Positions 25,530 through 38,841 of a stretch of 64,000 nucleotides of DNA are shown piece by piece. The stretch's first letter is position 1. Every line of letters begins with the position of its first letter. The stretch lies in the NCBI GenBank assembly GCA_047495785.1, contig JBLDXI010000003.1, positions 3,596,001 to 3,660,000 of the forward strand, read 5' to 3'. The translations under genes were made by a program, and so were the position numbers. Source of the DNA: Lepidodermella squamata (Eukaryota > Animalia > Gastrotricha). Below the pieces are notes generated by a model. It was not told the origin of the DNA. It worked only from the letters and a program-made list of their open reading frames with translations, and ran no database searches.

Positions 25530-25650
25530 TACCGTATTTGACGAATTATTAGGCAGGACCCAATTATAGGGCAGAACCGGAATAAAGGGCAGAGGGTAGT
25601 GGTCATTTGAAATAATAAAGGGCAGAACCGTATTAATAGGCAGGGCTTTG
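25530..25650. repeat. Transposon-end-like repeat (TACCGTATTT start, repeated A(A/T)AGGGCAG-like units)
   Basis: About five copies of an A(G)GGCAG motif after TACCGTATTTG; the partner terminus was not found. Confidence 0.3.
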
Positions 25651-26604
25651 TATGAAGTGGCTGGGTAAGTGCCTGCTGGGTAAGTGGTTAAATTTAGTAT
25701 AACGCCTTAGATCTGGTTTTAGACAGCAGGATAACCATGGCTTATTTCAAAAGTGGTCACCGTCGATTGTTTCCATGTTTTCAATCACCATGTCCGAGTT
25801 AAAGTTAAGCAAGACAAAGTTAAGCAGGCGGCATGTCGGTCTAGTGATAATGAAAAGCCCGCGCTTCACTTTACTAGTCATCTCATTTGGCGTTTATTAA
25901 TTTTGAATGCTACTAGCTATTTTTCTCACATTTTGGCATTCAAATTTCGTTAAAAATGGAGCGTTGTCAGGTCATTGAAAGTGACCAAGAATTGCAACTG
26001 AAGTTTCACTTTTTTCAAGCGTTCTCAGCAAAATCGATAGGCCTTATTTTGCTCAAATCAATCATTTCTTAATTTCGCAATATTATTTGCCTGATTTCAA
26101 CAATTTTTGGGAAATTTATCAGCGTTATTTTGCGCCGGTAAATTTTGATTAATTGATTGTTATCGATTTTTTGAAATTCTGCGGTACTCATTGTGGCTGC
26201 ATCGAGGGCTCTGAGCTTATTTCTTTTACGGGCCGATTTTCTTATACCATATTGATTTGTTATTTGATTCTTAGCTTGCCAAAATTCCTTTTCGCGCGAA
26301 AATACTTGTCCAAACCCCACTTTTCATCTATCACTAATCGCATCAGCTGCTTCTTGTCATAACATCTCTGTAAATTAAGCTTTTTCGAGATGTTTTTGGT
26401 TCTAATTAATCCATCATTGTGTCGGACACGCTGTCTGAAATTGGAGCGAAGGCGGATTTTATTTCAGACATGTATTAAAGTTTAATAGGTTGTAATTTTT
26501 CGAGTAGGTGCACGTATACTACACCACCTGTTGATCGCCTGACTCTTTGCATTAGCGTCCAAATAATGATAAAATGCTAGAATTTTGTTATTTCGAATTG
26601 TAGT

Positions 26605-26775
26605 TACATGCGCCCAGTTTTTTGCGCCCAGCGTGTTTGCGCCCACAAAAACGCGCTCTGACTTTTGCGCCCCGACATTTGCGCCCAGATTCAAGCGCCT
26701 TGACATTTGCGCCCCGACTTTTGCGCCCCGTATTTTTACGCCCTGATAATTGCGCCCTGACACTTGCGCCCCGAG
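26605..26775. repeat. Degenerate tandem array of (gaca)TTTGCGCCC units
   Basis: About ten TGCGCCC-like copies at 12-17 bp spacing, resembling a DNA-transposon subterminal array. Confidence 0.65.
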
Positions 26776-28497
26776 ATTTGTTTGTTGGAAGAAAACTGTG
26801 TTCTCCTAATCATATAATCCTAATGAACTGGCTGTTCACCAAATACCTGATCTGTGATTAAAGAAGATATACATGAAAATTATTTTCTTATTCTATAGTT
26901 CTGTGTTGGCGAAAAGTCGATGCACCTTCAAGCATGCTCATTAATGGAAAACGCAGTCATTTTATGACTTTTGTATTAGACTTTTCAGATATTTAATAAA
27001 AAACCACCCAGGTGAAGGGATCCAGAGAGGTGATTTTAGGGTTATCGAAGGTTCGCAATCCAAAAATATTGCAACTTCACCTGATACTCAGCAAACATTT
27101 TTAAATCGTCAAGCGATCAACATCTGGTGTTGTATACGAATGGTTATGCATCCTCGCTCTCTGCAATAGCCGCTCGTGCCCCGACTCGGCTACGCCTCGT
27201 CTTTTTGGGACTCGGCTGGCGCCTCGCGGGTATCGCTGAGAGCTTGTATGTGATAACATACTCTTATCCTCCTTAGCCACCAGCTGAAATAACAAATTAG
27301 TTTATTTATGAGATCATCCTTTTCTCCGTTACACGCTGAAAATAAAATAAAATGGAATTTCACAATAAATAATCATTTTTCCGAGTGCAGATGAAATAGA
27401 CCTTAAGCTAATAAGAAAATTTAGCTTAATTCACGCATCGCTTTGCATCCTAACGAGTTTTGGTCCAATACCGCTTTCAGAGTACTAGTGAAAACAAGCT
27501 CGTGACTTTCTTGAGTCTAGAGTCTGATCATTCATGATGACAGCCTTCTTTAAACGCAGGTGGCGATGTGTAGACTTCGATTTGACAACTTCGATCTCTA
27601 CAGCTATTGTGGCTGCGTAGACTTGCCGTTAACGAATGAAGCCCATGAAACTGCGGCAACGACATCCACATTACATATAGAATTTGAAGATTTTAGCGGC
27701 GATATATTGCGGGGTACGCGCTATCAGTAACAGTGTGCCAGCAATAGAAACAAATAGCGTTGCGTATAACTAACTTTTTGCATCTTCGCCAAGTCAGTAC
27801 CTGATTGCTTGAAAAAAGCAGAAAAGCAGTGTTTTTCTGCGCATCAAAAGCCCACTGCGCACTGTTTTGAAACCTTATCTTAGGTTGCGTCTCAAAGCAG
27901 TATTTGCAAAATAGACATGACTGGGAAGCTAATAGGCATCTAATAGGAGACAATTCGCTTCCGTTCACCTGGTGGCTAATATGACAACGAAGGTAAGATG
28001 GGGGGCGTCTTCTCTAGCAATACCTAGTAACCTAGCAATAGTTACTAGCATTTTAAATCTTTTGATTATGACTTTTTCTGAGTCAACATTATCAAAAATG
28101 AGCCATATCAGAGGGGATAAATTTTTGTCAAAAGTGAAATTCCTCGTTACTGTCTACATGTTAGCCATTAACTGCGGCACCATAACATAATCTTTGACCT
28201 TTTTACATGCGACCGTAATCTCTAATGAATTCCGGGGAAATAATCGACGAACGTGCGACCTGTCAGCGTCAAATTCATACTATAAGCAGGGTCAATACAC
28301 TTTTTGATAAAATAATGCACATACCCAAGGTCAAAACTATGCACATACTATTATGGTAGCGAGATCTGACTGTATCCATCTGGGGTGAAAGAAAGCTCAT
28401 TTGAAGTACACCAAAATTATAACACAAAACGCTATTCTGCTGATTCCCGGAGAAACGTATACCAATAATATTTTGGACCGCTCGCAATGAAATAGAA

Positions 28498-28763
28498 CAG
28501 TGATTCTCAATTCAATATTATAAAGATTTGAAAGAGAATCAGCTAGCGAAGCGAGAAACTTTTAAGAAAATTGTGGCTATTTATCGTTCGGATTCGTCGA
28601 ATTTCGCTAGAAATGTGCACAAGTTATGTGAAACCTTGGACTATTCCCCTCGAAATAGCTGTCCGGCCGCACGCAATGCAAGAGATAGGTGGACCTCTGC
28701 CGGCCGCTGAAGTGGGCCTCGCCGGCCGCATGCGGCCGGAAAAACATGGTTTGGGAACCACTG
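28498..28763. mobile_element. hAT (Buster/Charlie-type) MITE, 266 bp
   Basis: TIRs CAGTGATTCTCAA / TTGGGAACCACTG, perfect 8-bp TSD AAATAGAA (central TA) on both sides, subterminal GGCCGCATGCGGCC. Confidence 0.85.
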
Positions 28764-28978
28764 AAATAGAACTTTCGAGTAACCTGGTGGTTTTTAAAAC
28801 AACATAAACCTTTGAAATATTTCATTATTTCAGTGTGCTGCAATCGAAGATAAGAATAATCAAGTCAAAATTGAAACGCGCACCGTTGAAGTGCAAGCTT
28901 GAATAAATACGTGTAACGGGCAAGCTTCATGCATACATACTCAGTATGCTCTTTCAATGTCCGTAGTGTGGAAGTGTC

Positions 28979-29978
28979 TTATCTTTTTCTGCGAGATCTC
29001 TTGATGCAGAGAATAACGCCAACGATCAATACCACTACCACAAATATTACAGCACCAACTATCCCAGCGATAGCAGCGGGATGGATACTATCAGGCGGTT
29101 CGGTTGTAAAATCTGGACCCTCTGGACCTATAGGCTCATCCTTCCTTGTTGTTGTCGCTATTGTGGTTACATTTTGGTCGTTACACAGCTCTTCAGTGCA
29201 GCAATGCACGAATCTACTTGTCATACAACCTTTATCATCGATGCAACCGCGAATACCAGCTTCCCTAAAATCGATTGGAATCGAAAACTGTAGAACAAAA
29301 AATAAAACTACTGAAGTCTCACAGCTCGCTGTCGAAGAAAATACATCCGTGATTGTAGTTCGAAGGGCAATCGTACACCTCATAGTTCTTGGGGTCTCCG
29401 CAGTAATTATTATCGCTTGGAATACATAGATAGCATTGCTTAACCGCTGCAGTTGAAAACTGAACTTGGCTTGCAACCAACAATGTTGCTAGAGAAGCAT
29501 TGACTAGGTTTGATGCCCATTTCAACGAAATATATTTTCTTCGCCGAGCATATGCCTTCTTCGATCCAGCAGTAATAAGCAATTTCGCTCGAATGATATT
29601 AATGAAAGATAGAATATCTGTTGTGGCTTGTATTATTGCCAAATAAATTCTCGATAAATTGAAACGTTCCTTGTCAGCTGCTTGAGCTGGTTTGACATTG
29701 TAATAGACGGTGCCAGTGTTCACGTTAACTTGGAGCGATACCGCGAGCTTGACGTCGCCGCATTCATTTCCATCACATAAATCCCTTACAATAGGTATTG
29801 TTATTTCGCCGTCTATATCAATTACGCTATCCTCAATCTCCAGTATTGACCATGATATTACCATCTCGCCATTACAAACTCTACTGAAAAATGAAATTGA
29901 TTCGCCTTCGAAATTCAGCAATGTCAAATTTGCAAAGTTGTCCTTTCCGGTATCATCTGAACTTACTGCAGTATTCAT
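28979..29978 (-). CDS. Ly6/uPAR (three-finger) domain membrane protein, copy 1, with long in-frame N-terminal extension; intron 29322-29265; start uncertain (ATG 29978, or TTG 29525 at the signal peptide)
   Basis: Spliced 10-Cys domain QCYLC..C..C..C..C..C..CCTEELCN, Thr-rich stalk, TM helix, basic tail KRSRRKR. Confidence 0.75.
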
Positions 29979-30741
29979 GGCTGCACCAGTTATAGCGCTC
30001 TTGAAATTCAAGAGCCAAGAAAATAAATAAGTAATTCCTATAGAACTAAGATATTTTAGCAACAAGTCCGATTTACTTGGCACATTTAATCGAAATTCAG
30101 TAGTGGACCAAATCGTTCACTCGAGTTTTGCGATGAATGTTGTGGAGAGACTTTCCTGGAGCCGAGTATCATCACCAACAGCATCCTAAGGAGAAAAGTC
30201 CAGGCGATATTTCGCTGGGCAAATATTCGAGTGAGCAATGCAACTATGAAGCCAGCCTGCTCTCCTAGCAATAACTTACTTATCTGATCCACGAAGCCGC
30301 CAATATCAAAATCTCCTTCCAGCTCTGGCATGTGTCGCCCTTGGTTGAATTATTGGAATGTAATGGCTTGTTTCTCGCAATAAAGCTGGAATGGTGAGCG
30401 TAAATTGGCAGCCCATGTCTATTATCGCATGTTGGCGTTAATAAGTTCGATTGTGTTTGACCCTCAGGTAACCCTTCCGCGTAGCAGAAAACGATGCATC
30501 CAGTAAGCTGATATCGGGAATGAGAACAACTTGGCCTCCTGAGGGATTCGTCGCACTGAAACCCGTGTAACACTGGCTATGGCATGGGTTTCGAAAATTC
30601 TCTTGAATCCTCAGCTCCTCTGATTAATCTAGCGTCGAATCAGCTTCGGCTATGCTGCTCTTGTTAGGAAAGCTCGCTTCGTGTTTCCATTTTATCGTCC
30701 ATTAGCCAACCTTTACCAAAATTAACCAAGCCATGGTAGTT

Positions 30742-31038
30742 TCATATCTTGTACAATTGTTTCTTTCGGAAAAAGAATTCCCTGAAATAGATTGGAATCG
30801 AAAATTGAAATAAATTATAAACATCGAATTCTCACGAATAATTGTCGAAGAAAATGCAATTATTCTTCCAACCCCGACTGCAATCCTCCTACTCAAATTT
30901 CGTAGGATCTCCGCAGAAAGCAGTCTCGCTTTGAATGCAGAAATAGCATTGCTCAACATCTGCAGCAGAAAACTGCTTTTGGTTGACAACCAACAGAGCT
31001 GCTATAGCAGCTTTGAATATCTTCTGCGACCATTTCAT
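30742..31038 (-). pseudogene. Ly6/three-finger copy 2, disabled
   Basis: MKWSQKIFKAAIAALLV signal and QCYFC..CGDP, then an in-frame TAG (30891-30889). The homologous intron remains but exon 2 lacks the CC..CN/TM part. Confidence 0.7.
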
Positions 31039-32131
31039 ATGGACAGATAGTCTCCGTCTTGATTGCCACGCCATAGGTACGGTTTCACTGTCCATATGTA
31101 GCATTCTGGTACCACCACTAATTTTAATCATTAATCGTATAGGTATCTTTATTATCCGAGAGCGAGCAATGAAAAAATGAGCCTGCCTTATGCCTTATCA
31201 GACACCACTGCATGTTGTCGTCGTCGGCGCGGAAAAAGTCCAAAGATTAACCGGACAAAAATTATTCTTAAATCTTCTCGAGATACGGTGACCCTAGAGG
31301 ACATAGAAGTATGTATTTAGATCCCAGAGGTTTTCCAACGATGTTATAGAAACTCCCGTGCATGATTATCCTCGTGCTGTCCATGTACGTACCAGGGCTG
31401 GCGATCGAGCCCAAGACGTCAGTGCAACCAGCTCACGAGCTCAGCCAATTAAATAATGTCTAATACTAATAGGTAGTCCCATTATTCGAAATTCGGAGAT
31501 AGTAAAGCAGCAAAAGAAACATAAATTTGCAAAGACTGTGGGATTGGAACCCTCTTTCACTCATTCCATACCTAATATCCTCTCGCATCACTAAGACCCT
31601 CTTTAGGAAACATTATCCGATTTTTTGTCACGCTTTTGGTTCTTCTACAACACCTTTCCTATCCTAAACTAGTCCTGCAATTGTATGCTTGTTTTCCATA
31701 ATATTGTCAAGCTACCCTCCCTTGGGTGTAATAGCTTTGAAATCAATAAATAAATAAATCCAAATTCTAAACTGGCAATGTAGTTTTCACTCACTAGTGC
31801 CATTTCTCGCTGCATTTTAAGCTTTATATTTTATTGTCCCCGGTGAAAGCGATCATAGGTAGATCTGACTTTATTCATCCGTGTTGAAAGGAAGCTCGCG
31901 TTGAAGCTCGCCGAAATGACCTGAAAACGCTCTGCTGCAGATTCTAGGAGAAAAGTCTAAACTTGTGAAATAATATTTAGGACCGCGCGCGATGATCAAA
32001 CTTTCAATTAAGCTGGATTCTGTAGTGCCGAAATATAGCTCGTGCGGCAAGTCGTTTCGGCAGATACGAAACTCTATTGAACCTCGAAATTCCAAAACTG
32101 TTAACGGGTTTTTTTAAAGCTTGAAGAAAAA

Positions 32132-32776
32132 GTGTTAAAACATACCCAAACCAGCATGGACGAAAAGTATCTTCGCAAATGGGAAATCTGCCGCGATATT
32201 CCGAAGCCGGGTGCTTCTGGAGTGTACGCTACCGATGAGGATTTGAAGCGACTAGCTCGGTCTGAAAGGACTTTTGGTGACGGGACATTCAAGGTTTGCC
32301 CGCCTCAGTTTTCGCAATTGCAAAGTTTTCACACTCTTGAGCGGGTTCCTCGACCGCCACCCGAGTCGCCGCAATCGTTTTCAGCTCCTTTTGTGCTTAT
32401 GTTTTCATGACGAATCGGTCAATGGAGTTGTACGAGCAAGTGTTCAGATACCTTCGGTCAGAAATGGAACGTCTTGCTGGCTCAATGCCTATGACCCAAT
32501 TTACCTGTGAATACGAATGGGCTTTGATTCACTCAGCATTGACGATGTGGGGCTGTACGATAATTGGCTGCCATTTCCACTTTTGCCAAGCTCTTCTTCG
32601 GAAGTTGGTTTCTCTTGGATTGTGGTACGAGTACGTGGAACCAGAACGTCACAGATCACATCAAGGCCTTCTGGGCTGAGTTGGCTAACGGTCGAATTGG
32701 CTACATTCAATTCCTAGAAAATGTGTCCCATTGCCTGGACGACTTGAAAGAAAAGAAGCCGAAGCTTGAGAGATAA
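32132..32776 (+). mobile_element. Degenerate Mutator/MULE transposase fragment
   Basis: ATDEDLKRLA..DGTFKVCPPQFSQL and CEYEWAL..GCHFHFCQALLRK..LGL motifs split across frames. Confidence 0.75.
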
Positions 32777-33018
32777 ATCCTCGATGAGGTCGACATTGAC
32801 GCCACAAGTGACTCAATTGCGATGATTAAAAACATGAATTTATTCTGTAATCTCTCGTGCGGAAAATTCCTCTCTAAAATAAAAGTTGTGCGGAAATTTC
32901 ATTCAAATTAATTTTGGGATTTAAATTTTGAACCTGTGCAGATAAGCCTAGAATAGTCAAATTGCAAGCTCGCACTAGGTCAAAACTGGAAACACATTAT
33001 GGACCGCGCGCGATGCTG

Positions 33019-33697
33019 TCAAACTTGGGGAAATCGCTTCTTCTTCTTGTCAGTAGTCAGTAGAGTTAAGCCTTGATTATTCCTGCGCCATCTACTGATA
33101 AAATAGATGCTCGCAGTCACAGCAGCCACTGCCGCAATTAATATAGCAGCAATTATACCAGCGATAGCGATTCCGGGGAGCTTCTTATGAGAAGGTGAGA
33201 TAGTAAGCGAGACAGTAAGACTAGTAGTCGCCAGCATCATCGTTGTATTCGTAACTGTTTGGTTGTTACACAGCTCCTCTGTGCAGCAACTCGAGAATGG
33301 CCCCGTCATGCAACCGTTATCATCTATGCAACCACGTATACCAGCTTCCCTAAAATCGATTGGAATAGAAAATTGAAGTGCAAATAATAAAACTTTCGAA
33401 TTCTCACAGTTCACTGGACAAGAAAATACATCCATAGTTGTAATTCGAAGGGCAATCGAACACCTCATAGTTCTTGGGGTCTCTGCAGTATTCATTCTCG
33501 TTTGGTATACATCGATAGCATTGCTTTACAACCGCAGCTGAAAACTGAAATTGGTTAGCAACCAACAGTGCTGCTAGAGAAGCCTTGACAAGATTTGCCA
33601 ACCATTTTGAAGAATAATTTGTCTTGCTGAAATCTGTTATCGGGCGATTAACTGATCCGAAGTCGATTCCATGCTGCTGAGCTTTCCCGATATCCAT
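33019..33697 (-). CDS. Ly6/three-finger membrane protein, copy 3; intron 33407-33350
   Basis: Same 10-Cys domain ending CCTEELCN, Thr/Ser stalk, TM, cytoplasmic tail; 29-aa extension before the signal-like segment. Confidence 0.78.
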
Positions 33698-35214
33698 GGC
33701 TAAGATGCCGTCTATGCCGGCTCAACCACTTCTCAAACCGAGGCCGGTGTCCAATTTATATTTGGAACATAAATCAAGAATAAATGATTATCAACTCTAA
33801 ATAAGAAACCACATACCGCTATTGCTTTATACATATTTTAATTAATTTGGGATATTTAGGGCCCAGAGACTAACTGCTTGATCAAAAGTAGAGAATGACT
33901 TCCACTAGACAGCGATCCTTTGATTCGACTGATTCAGCTCCATCCGTCTAGTGCCTAGTGTCTGGGACGGACCATTTGATGATTTTTTGCTGACATTGAA
34001 GAGCGCGCTCGGAACAATAAATCGCCCAGAGTTTGGACTCCTGTTCATAATTTTATGAAAATAGAGATGTCAGACCGGGACGCTAGGAGGCCATTCGCTT
34101 CTGGTCGCCCGGTGCTTATATTATGCGGTGACGGTGATAATGAGTATTCGCCCGAGGTGAAGATAAGGGAGCGTCTTCTCCAGTATTTTGCTCCTCACTT
34201 TACAATCTTTCACAACAACCATGACGTCTTCTGAGCAATATGAGAATAATGAGTCATATTATCAGTGGCGAATAATTCTTATCAATAAAACATTTCCAAG
34301 TTAGTTTAGTGATGACCCTTTAACCCTCGGGAATCTTTGACCTATGCATATTATCTTTGACCTTGCCGTAGCTAATCTTCGGAATTCCAGAATTAATTCC
34401 AGAGAATTATTGTTGAAAAACAATCAACAGGCTTCCGACTCGCTGTCGTCCTATTTACTCAACAGCGGAGAAAACAGACCGCATGTTAGCAAAAGGCATA
34501 GACATAATTTAGGCTCATAGCTATCAGCGGAAAAGTGCGTAGAGCAAACTCGAGAGTTGCTGGTCGGTTTCCAAGACGGATGGTTCCCTGAAGCTGCTAT
34601 CCATAGACTTCTCAAAGGGTTTTTGGCCGGGGGGTATCTGCGTTTGGCAGATTAGTGATCGCAAGACAATATTTAAAGACTTGTGGGAATTACCTTTGGA
34701 GATGTAATTTGTTACCGTTTTCGTCCAAGTCCTTGGCAGTATTATTGCAAGGTAAAAAGGAACAGAGTAAAACCATACGTAAAATTTCTGGATTTTATTT
34801 AATGCTGAAAAAATTGCGATTTGAACTCCTCATGTCATTTCCAATCAGGAAAACACGCGAGTCAACGTTACACGCGCTCATTTATGAATGACGACTGCAG
34901 CTAAAACTGAAAAAATTCGCCAAAAATCGAATTTTCACTCAATAGCTTCAAACGTGGTGTCGAATTGTAGCCCACATCTAGGGGAATTCAATTTCACCGA
35001 AAAGGGCTTCAATTTCAATTTTTTAGAAGTCGTTGTGATGATTTATTTATCAGGCGAAAAATTATTTCGTTGATTTTTTGCCACTTCCACGTGTTCAAAA
35101 ATGATAAAAAAAATACTGCCGTACTCCTCTTGCTAATAGCTGTCTGATGGCGCCTGGTTCTTAACAATCGGATCATTTTTGTCGAAGAAATCGACATTTT
35201 AACTTCCCGATTTT

Positions 35215-35325
35215 TTGTTTACTTTACCTCCAGGCGCTGATGAATCAGCTGACCATCTGGCGCCCATGGCGTAGCACCCTTTTTCTCGTGAGTAAGCAGT
35301 CTATCCTAAATTATGTCTATGGCAG
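35215..35325. repeat. ~110-bp inverted copy of 35795-35905 (fragment of the adjacent MITE family)
   Basis: Near-perfect reverse complement (..GATGAATCAGCTGACCATCTGGCGCCCATGGCGTAGCACCC..). Confidence 0.75.
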
Positions 35326-35635
35326 AAGGCGAAAAGGTCGAAACAATATCATGCAAATTACCGCAATTTATTTTTTATTTATTTAAAAGGTGTCGCCCAA
35401 GAGCGGGAAGCTTGACATGGTAATATAGGAAAAAGATATGGCACATGTTCAGAGTTTATTTTTTTATTAAATGAGCATTAATCTTATTGTTGAGAGCTTG
35501 ACTTGAAAAATTAGGTGCAAGTAAAAGTGGGCAAAGAGACGTTAGATGTGTCTGTTCTGTTTCGTTGTAAGTCAAAACAAAGTGAGATGAATTATAGTAT
35601 AAAATAATCAACAACAAAGTAAATGTCTATATATA

Positions 35636-36414
35636 CAGGTGTTCAAGAAATAATAGCCAGGCTATTTTTAGAGTTGGACTTTAGCCAGACGACACGCGAG
35701 CAAGTTGTCAAGCTGGACCCTGAACCATCTAGCCCAACCATAGACATAATTTAGGATAGACTGCCTACCATGGACATAATTTAGGATTGACTGCCTACCA
35801 TAGACATAATTTAGGATAGACTGCTTACTCACGAGATAAAGGGTGCTACGCCATGGGCGCCAGATGGTCAGCTGATTCATCAGCGCTTGGACGTAAAGTA
35901 AATAAAATATTCGATTGGTTTTTTACTGATTCCGAAGCGGTTTCAATTTTTCCAAGGGTTTGGTTGACGGATTCAGATGGAGGAAATCACGATGGAGATG
36001 GAGACGGAAAATAGAAAAAATGAAAAAAATATCTCTCAATTTGGTTTTGAAAGAAGCAAAAATACCACAAATTGGTTATGATTAATCTTAAAATTTCCAG
36101 CCGGAAACTGTTGGTCCATATTTCACCTATCATTTTTCATCAACTTGGCTATTGTAATCAACGAAATTGAATGCCTTTCAGTTCCGATTCACGAAACCAG
36201 TTTAAATGTGTTTTTTCATGATGCTATTTCCTCGACGATTTTTTTCAATTTTGGGTTTTGAGGTGGGAATAAAAAATCAAGTAAGAACATAAGTTCCCGC
36301 TTATACAAAAAAAACACGCCATCGACTCGCGTCTTAAGTGTTAGAAAAGTCGCGTGTCGTCTGGCTAAAGTCCAACTCTAAAAATAGCCTGGCTATTATT
36401 TTTTGAACACCCTG
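35636..36414. mobile_element. Tc1/mariner-type MITE (~780 bp)
   Basis: ~65-bp TIRs (CAGG(G)TGTTCAA..GACGACACGCGA) with TA on both flanks; internal 30-bp tandem repeat x3 at ~35738-35826. Confidence 0.85.
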
Positions 36415-36779
36415 TACAGAGTTAGGGTAGAAGAGAAATACTACGGCAAATTTTTATGTTATACTGTGAAAAAACATTGAGATTTTTTACACAGGGGTAG
36501 AAAAAAATGTATCGATCGATAAATCAATCCGCTCTGTCAAGGTGGAAGCGATCGGGACTAAGTGGGACAACTTCGTCGCATAAATTATTCACTCGAGGGT
36601 GAGCTATATGCGGCGAACACTTGGGACGATATCGGTCAGCTTCATAGTCAGCTTGGTCCCACGAGCAATGACAGTGAGCATTTTAAACGTGAAAATCGAC
36701 CAAGTTGCCCCATGATAATCGGTTGACTGAAGCTCTAGATTACCGCAACAAATTGCAAAGTTCAGGGTGTGCCATTTGA

Positions 36780-37150
36780 AAGCTGTCTCAGAATCTGGGG
36801 ATGAAAACTTCATTGTCGCTGCCTATGAAGTCGCCAGGGTTTCGTCTCTGAGACCACGAGTGGGTTTGGTGCAGACAAACGAATCAAGGGGTTACAGATC
36901 GGGGGAAACTATATTTCTCCATGGAAAGCCATAGAGTATTCCTTCAATTCCTGCGTAATCCCGGTCTTTTCTCTGTCTCTTTGCCGCTCATCCCTTTTGT
37001 CTCTGCTTTCTTCCAGATAGTCACTAGCCTTCCCTCTTCTACTGTGTCTGATAATTCCTCTCCCTGTGATAAATTCTCAGGGTGTGCCCGTCCGATATTA
37101 TGAGCGGCGCTCTGTCCCTGACATGGGCCTTGCATTTCCAACGCCTTTCC
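36780..37150 (-). mobile_element. Possible decayed Tc1/mariner transposase remnant
   Basis: Minus strand near 36905-36870 reads SPDL*PLDSFV, resembling the SPDLNP motif; nothing else is clearly recognisable. Confidence 0.25.
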
Positions 37151-37731
37151 AACCTGAATACTGTCACAAAAGGACACATAAAAAGCGTTTCATTTCCTTT
37201 CCCAAGGTCCCAGAATTTCCAGTTATGAAAGCTCGCAGCGCAAAATCTATCGGCTAGTAATGCCATGTAAAAAAGAAGGCCACAAAGGGATGCTATAGAC
37301 TATTAGCCTCTAGATAACTTTGATCGGGACGACATTGAAGAGACAACAAATGTCATGTCAACATTTTTTAGGAGAAATTGGTGAATTCTATCCCGACTAT
37401 GATAATATGCTCATTTTCAAGCTAGCCGAAATTGTCCCAAAAAACGCCCATCCTTATAGAATTACTTTATTTCCCACTATTTTTCCCACAGCTGATCTCG
37501 CAGCCTCCAGTTTAATTAAAAAAAGCGTAAACAAATAGCAAATAGTAGAACATAATCATACGCTCGGCTGTAAAAGGACTGTAAAAGAAAAAGCGTCCCA
37601 GCTGAGGAATCACATTGCTTGAGTAATCACAGGGTATTGCAGTATTAAAGCGGAATTGAATGAAATAAGACGAGTTATCGACAAAATCGAATTAAATTGT
37701 GTGAAAATGTACAAACTCCCATGAATACTGG

Positions 37732-38841
37732 TTATATTCCTGTTCGTAGAGATGAGTCTAGATTTCGTCTTCTCCTTCTCCTGATGATGAAACAAACGCC
37801 AGCAGTGACGGACAATGCCACTACGGCAATCGATAATCCACCAATTATCAAAGCGGTAACAACGGGAGGAATATCATCGGGTGGTTTGGTTGTAAAATCT
37901 AGACCCACTAGACTTATAGGATCATCCGTCGTCGTTGTTGTCGTTATTGTGGTAACATTTTGGTCGTTACACAGATCTTCTGTGCAACACTTCACGAATT
38001 GACTTGTCATACAACCGTTATCATCGATGCAACCACGTATACCAGTTTCCCTAAAATCGATTTTGGAATCGAAAATTGAAGAACAAAAAATAATACAATC
38101 GAAGTCTCACAGCTCGCTGTCGAAGAAAATACATCCATGATTGTAATTCGAAGGGCAATCGTACACCTCGTAGTTCTTGGGGTCTCCGCAGTAAGTAGTC
38201 TCGCTTGGTATACACAGATAGCATTGCTTAACAGCTGCAGCTGAAAATTGAAATTGGTTTGCCACCAACAGTGCTACTAGAGTAGCCTTGACAAGGTTTG
38301 CCAACCATTTAGAAGAAACGTATGAAGCTTTTGTCCTTCGAGTCCTGACACTCCAAAATCTAATAGTTAGAGAATTAATTACATCCAGCGCAAAATTGAT
38401 GCAATCCTCGAAATTAGGAAATAGAAACGCAACTGTCCCTGCAATGGTCAACAGAATGCCCAGATCATAAATCCATAGCTTCGGCTGCAACAATAAATAT
38501 ATGGAAAAGGCGGTATTCCAACAAAACAAATCAAGCATTAGGGTCTCGAATTTGTAGCAATGATTATTTTTCCAATCGTCGATATCCAATAATAGCTTTA
38601 ATCGACGACGTGGATTGTATTTAAGGAGAAAATTGAGATTCCAAAGCGGAATGAGTAACAGCGACGCTATCAGTAGTCCATTTTTTTTGTCGAAATATGT
38701 TATCAGGCGATTGGCTGATCCGATATCGATTTTTTGCAGCCGAGTAATATTTTCCAGAGCCTTCTTGATATCCAAATGGGTATGATTCCGGCTCAACCCC
38801 TTCTCAAACCCAGACCGATGTCCAATTAATGTTTGGAACAT
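37732..38841 (-). CDS. Ly6/three-finger membrane protein, copy 4, with ~176-aa hydrophobic N-terminal extension; intron 38110-38051
   Basis: 10-Cys domain ending CCTEDLCN, poly-Thr stalk, TM, RRRRRR tail; upstream frame open to ATG 38841. Confidence 0.75.

Noticed and set aside
26605-26775. Repeat array as CRISPR-like
   Set aside because: Eukaryotic context, 9-bp core, no unique spacers of constant length, no cas genes.
27000-28450. Cys-containing short ORFs that could be transposase remnants
   Set aside because: No catalytic or terminal motif could be recognised with confidence.
161-30891. In-frame TAA (161) and TAG (30891) as evidence of stop-codon reassignment
   Set aside because: TAA, TAG and TGA all end intact genes here; both cases sit in duplicated copies and fit ordinary lesions.
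31980-33015. 15-bp direct repeat GGACCGCGCGCGATG flanking the MULE fragment as a TSD
   Set aside because: Longer than typical 9-11 bp MULE TSDs, no TIRs inside it, and a similar motif lies downstream of Ly6 copy 1, suggesting a duplication remnant.
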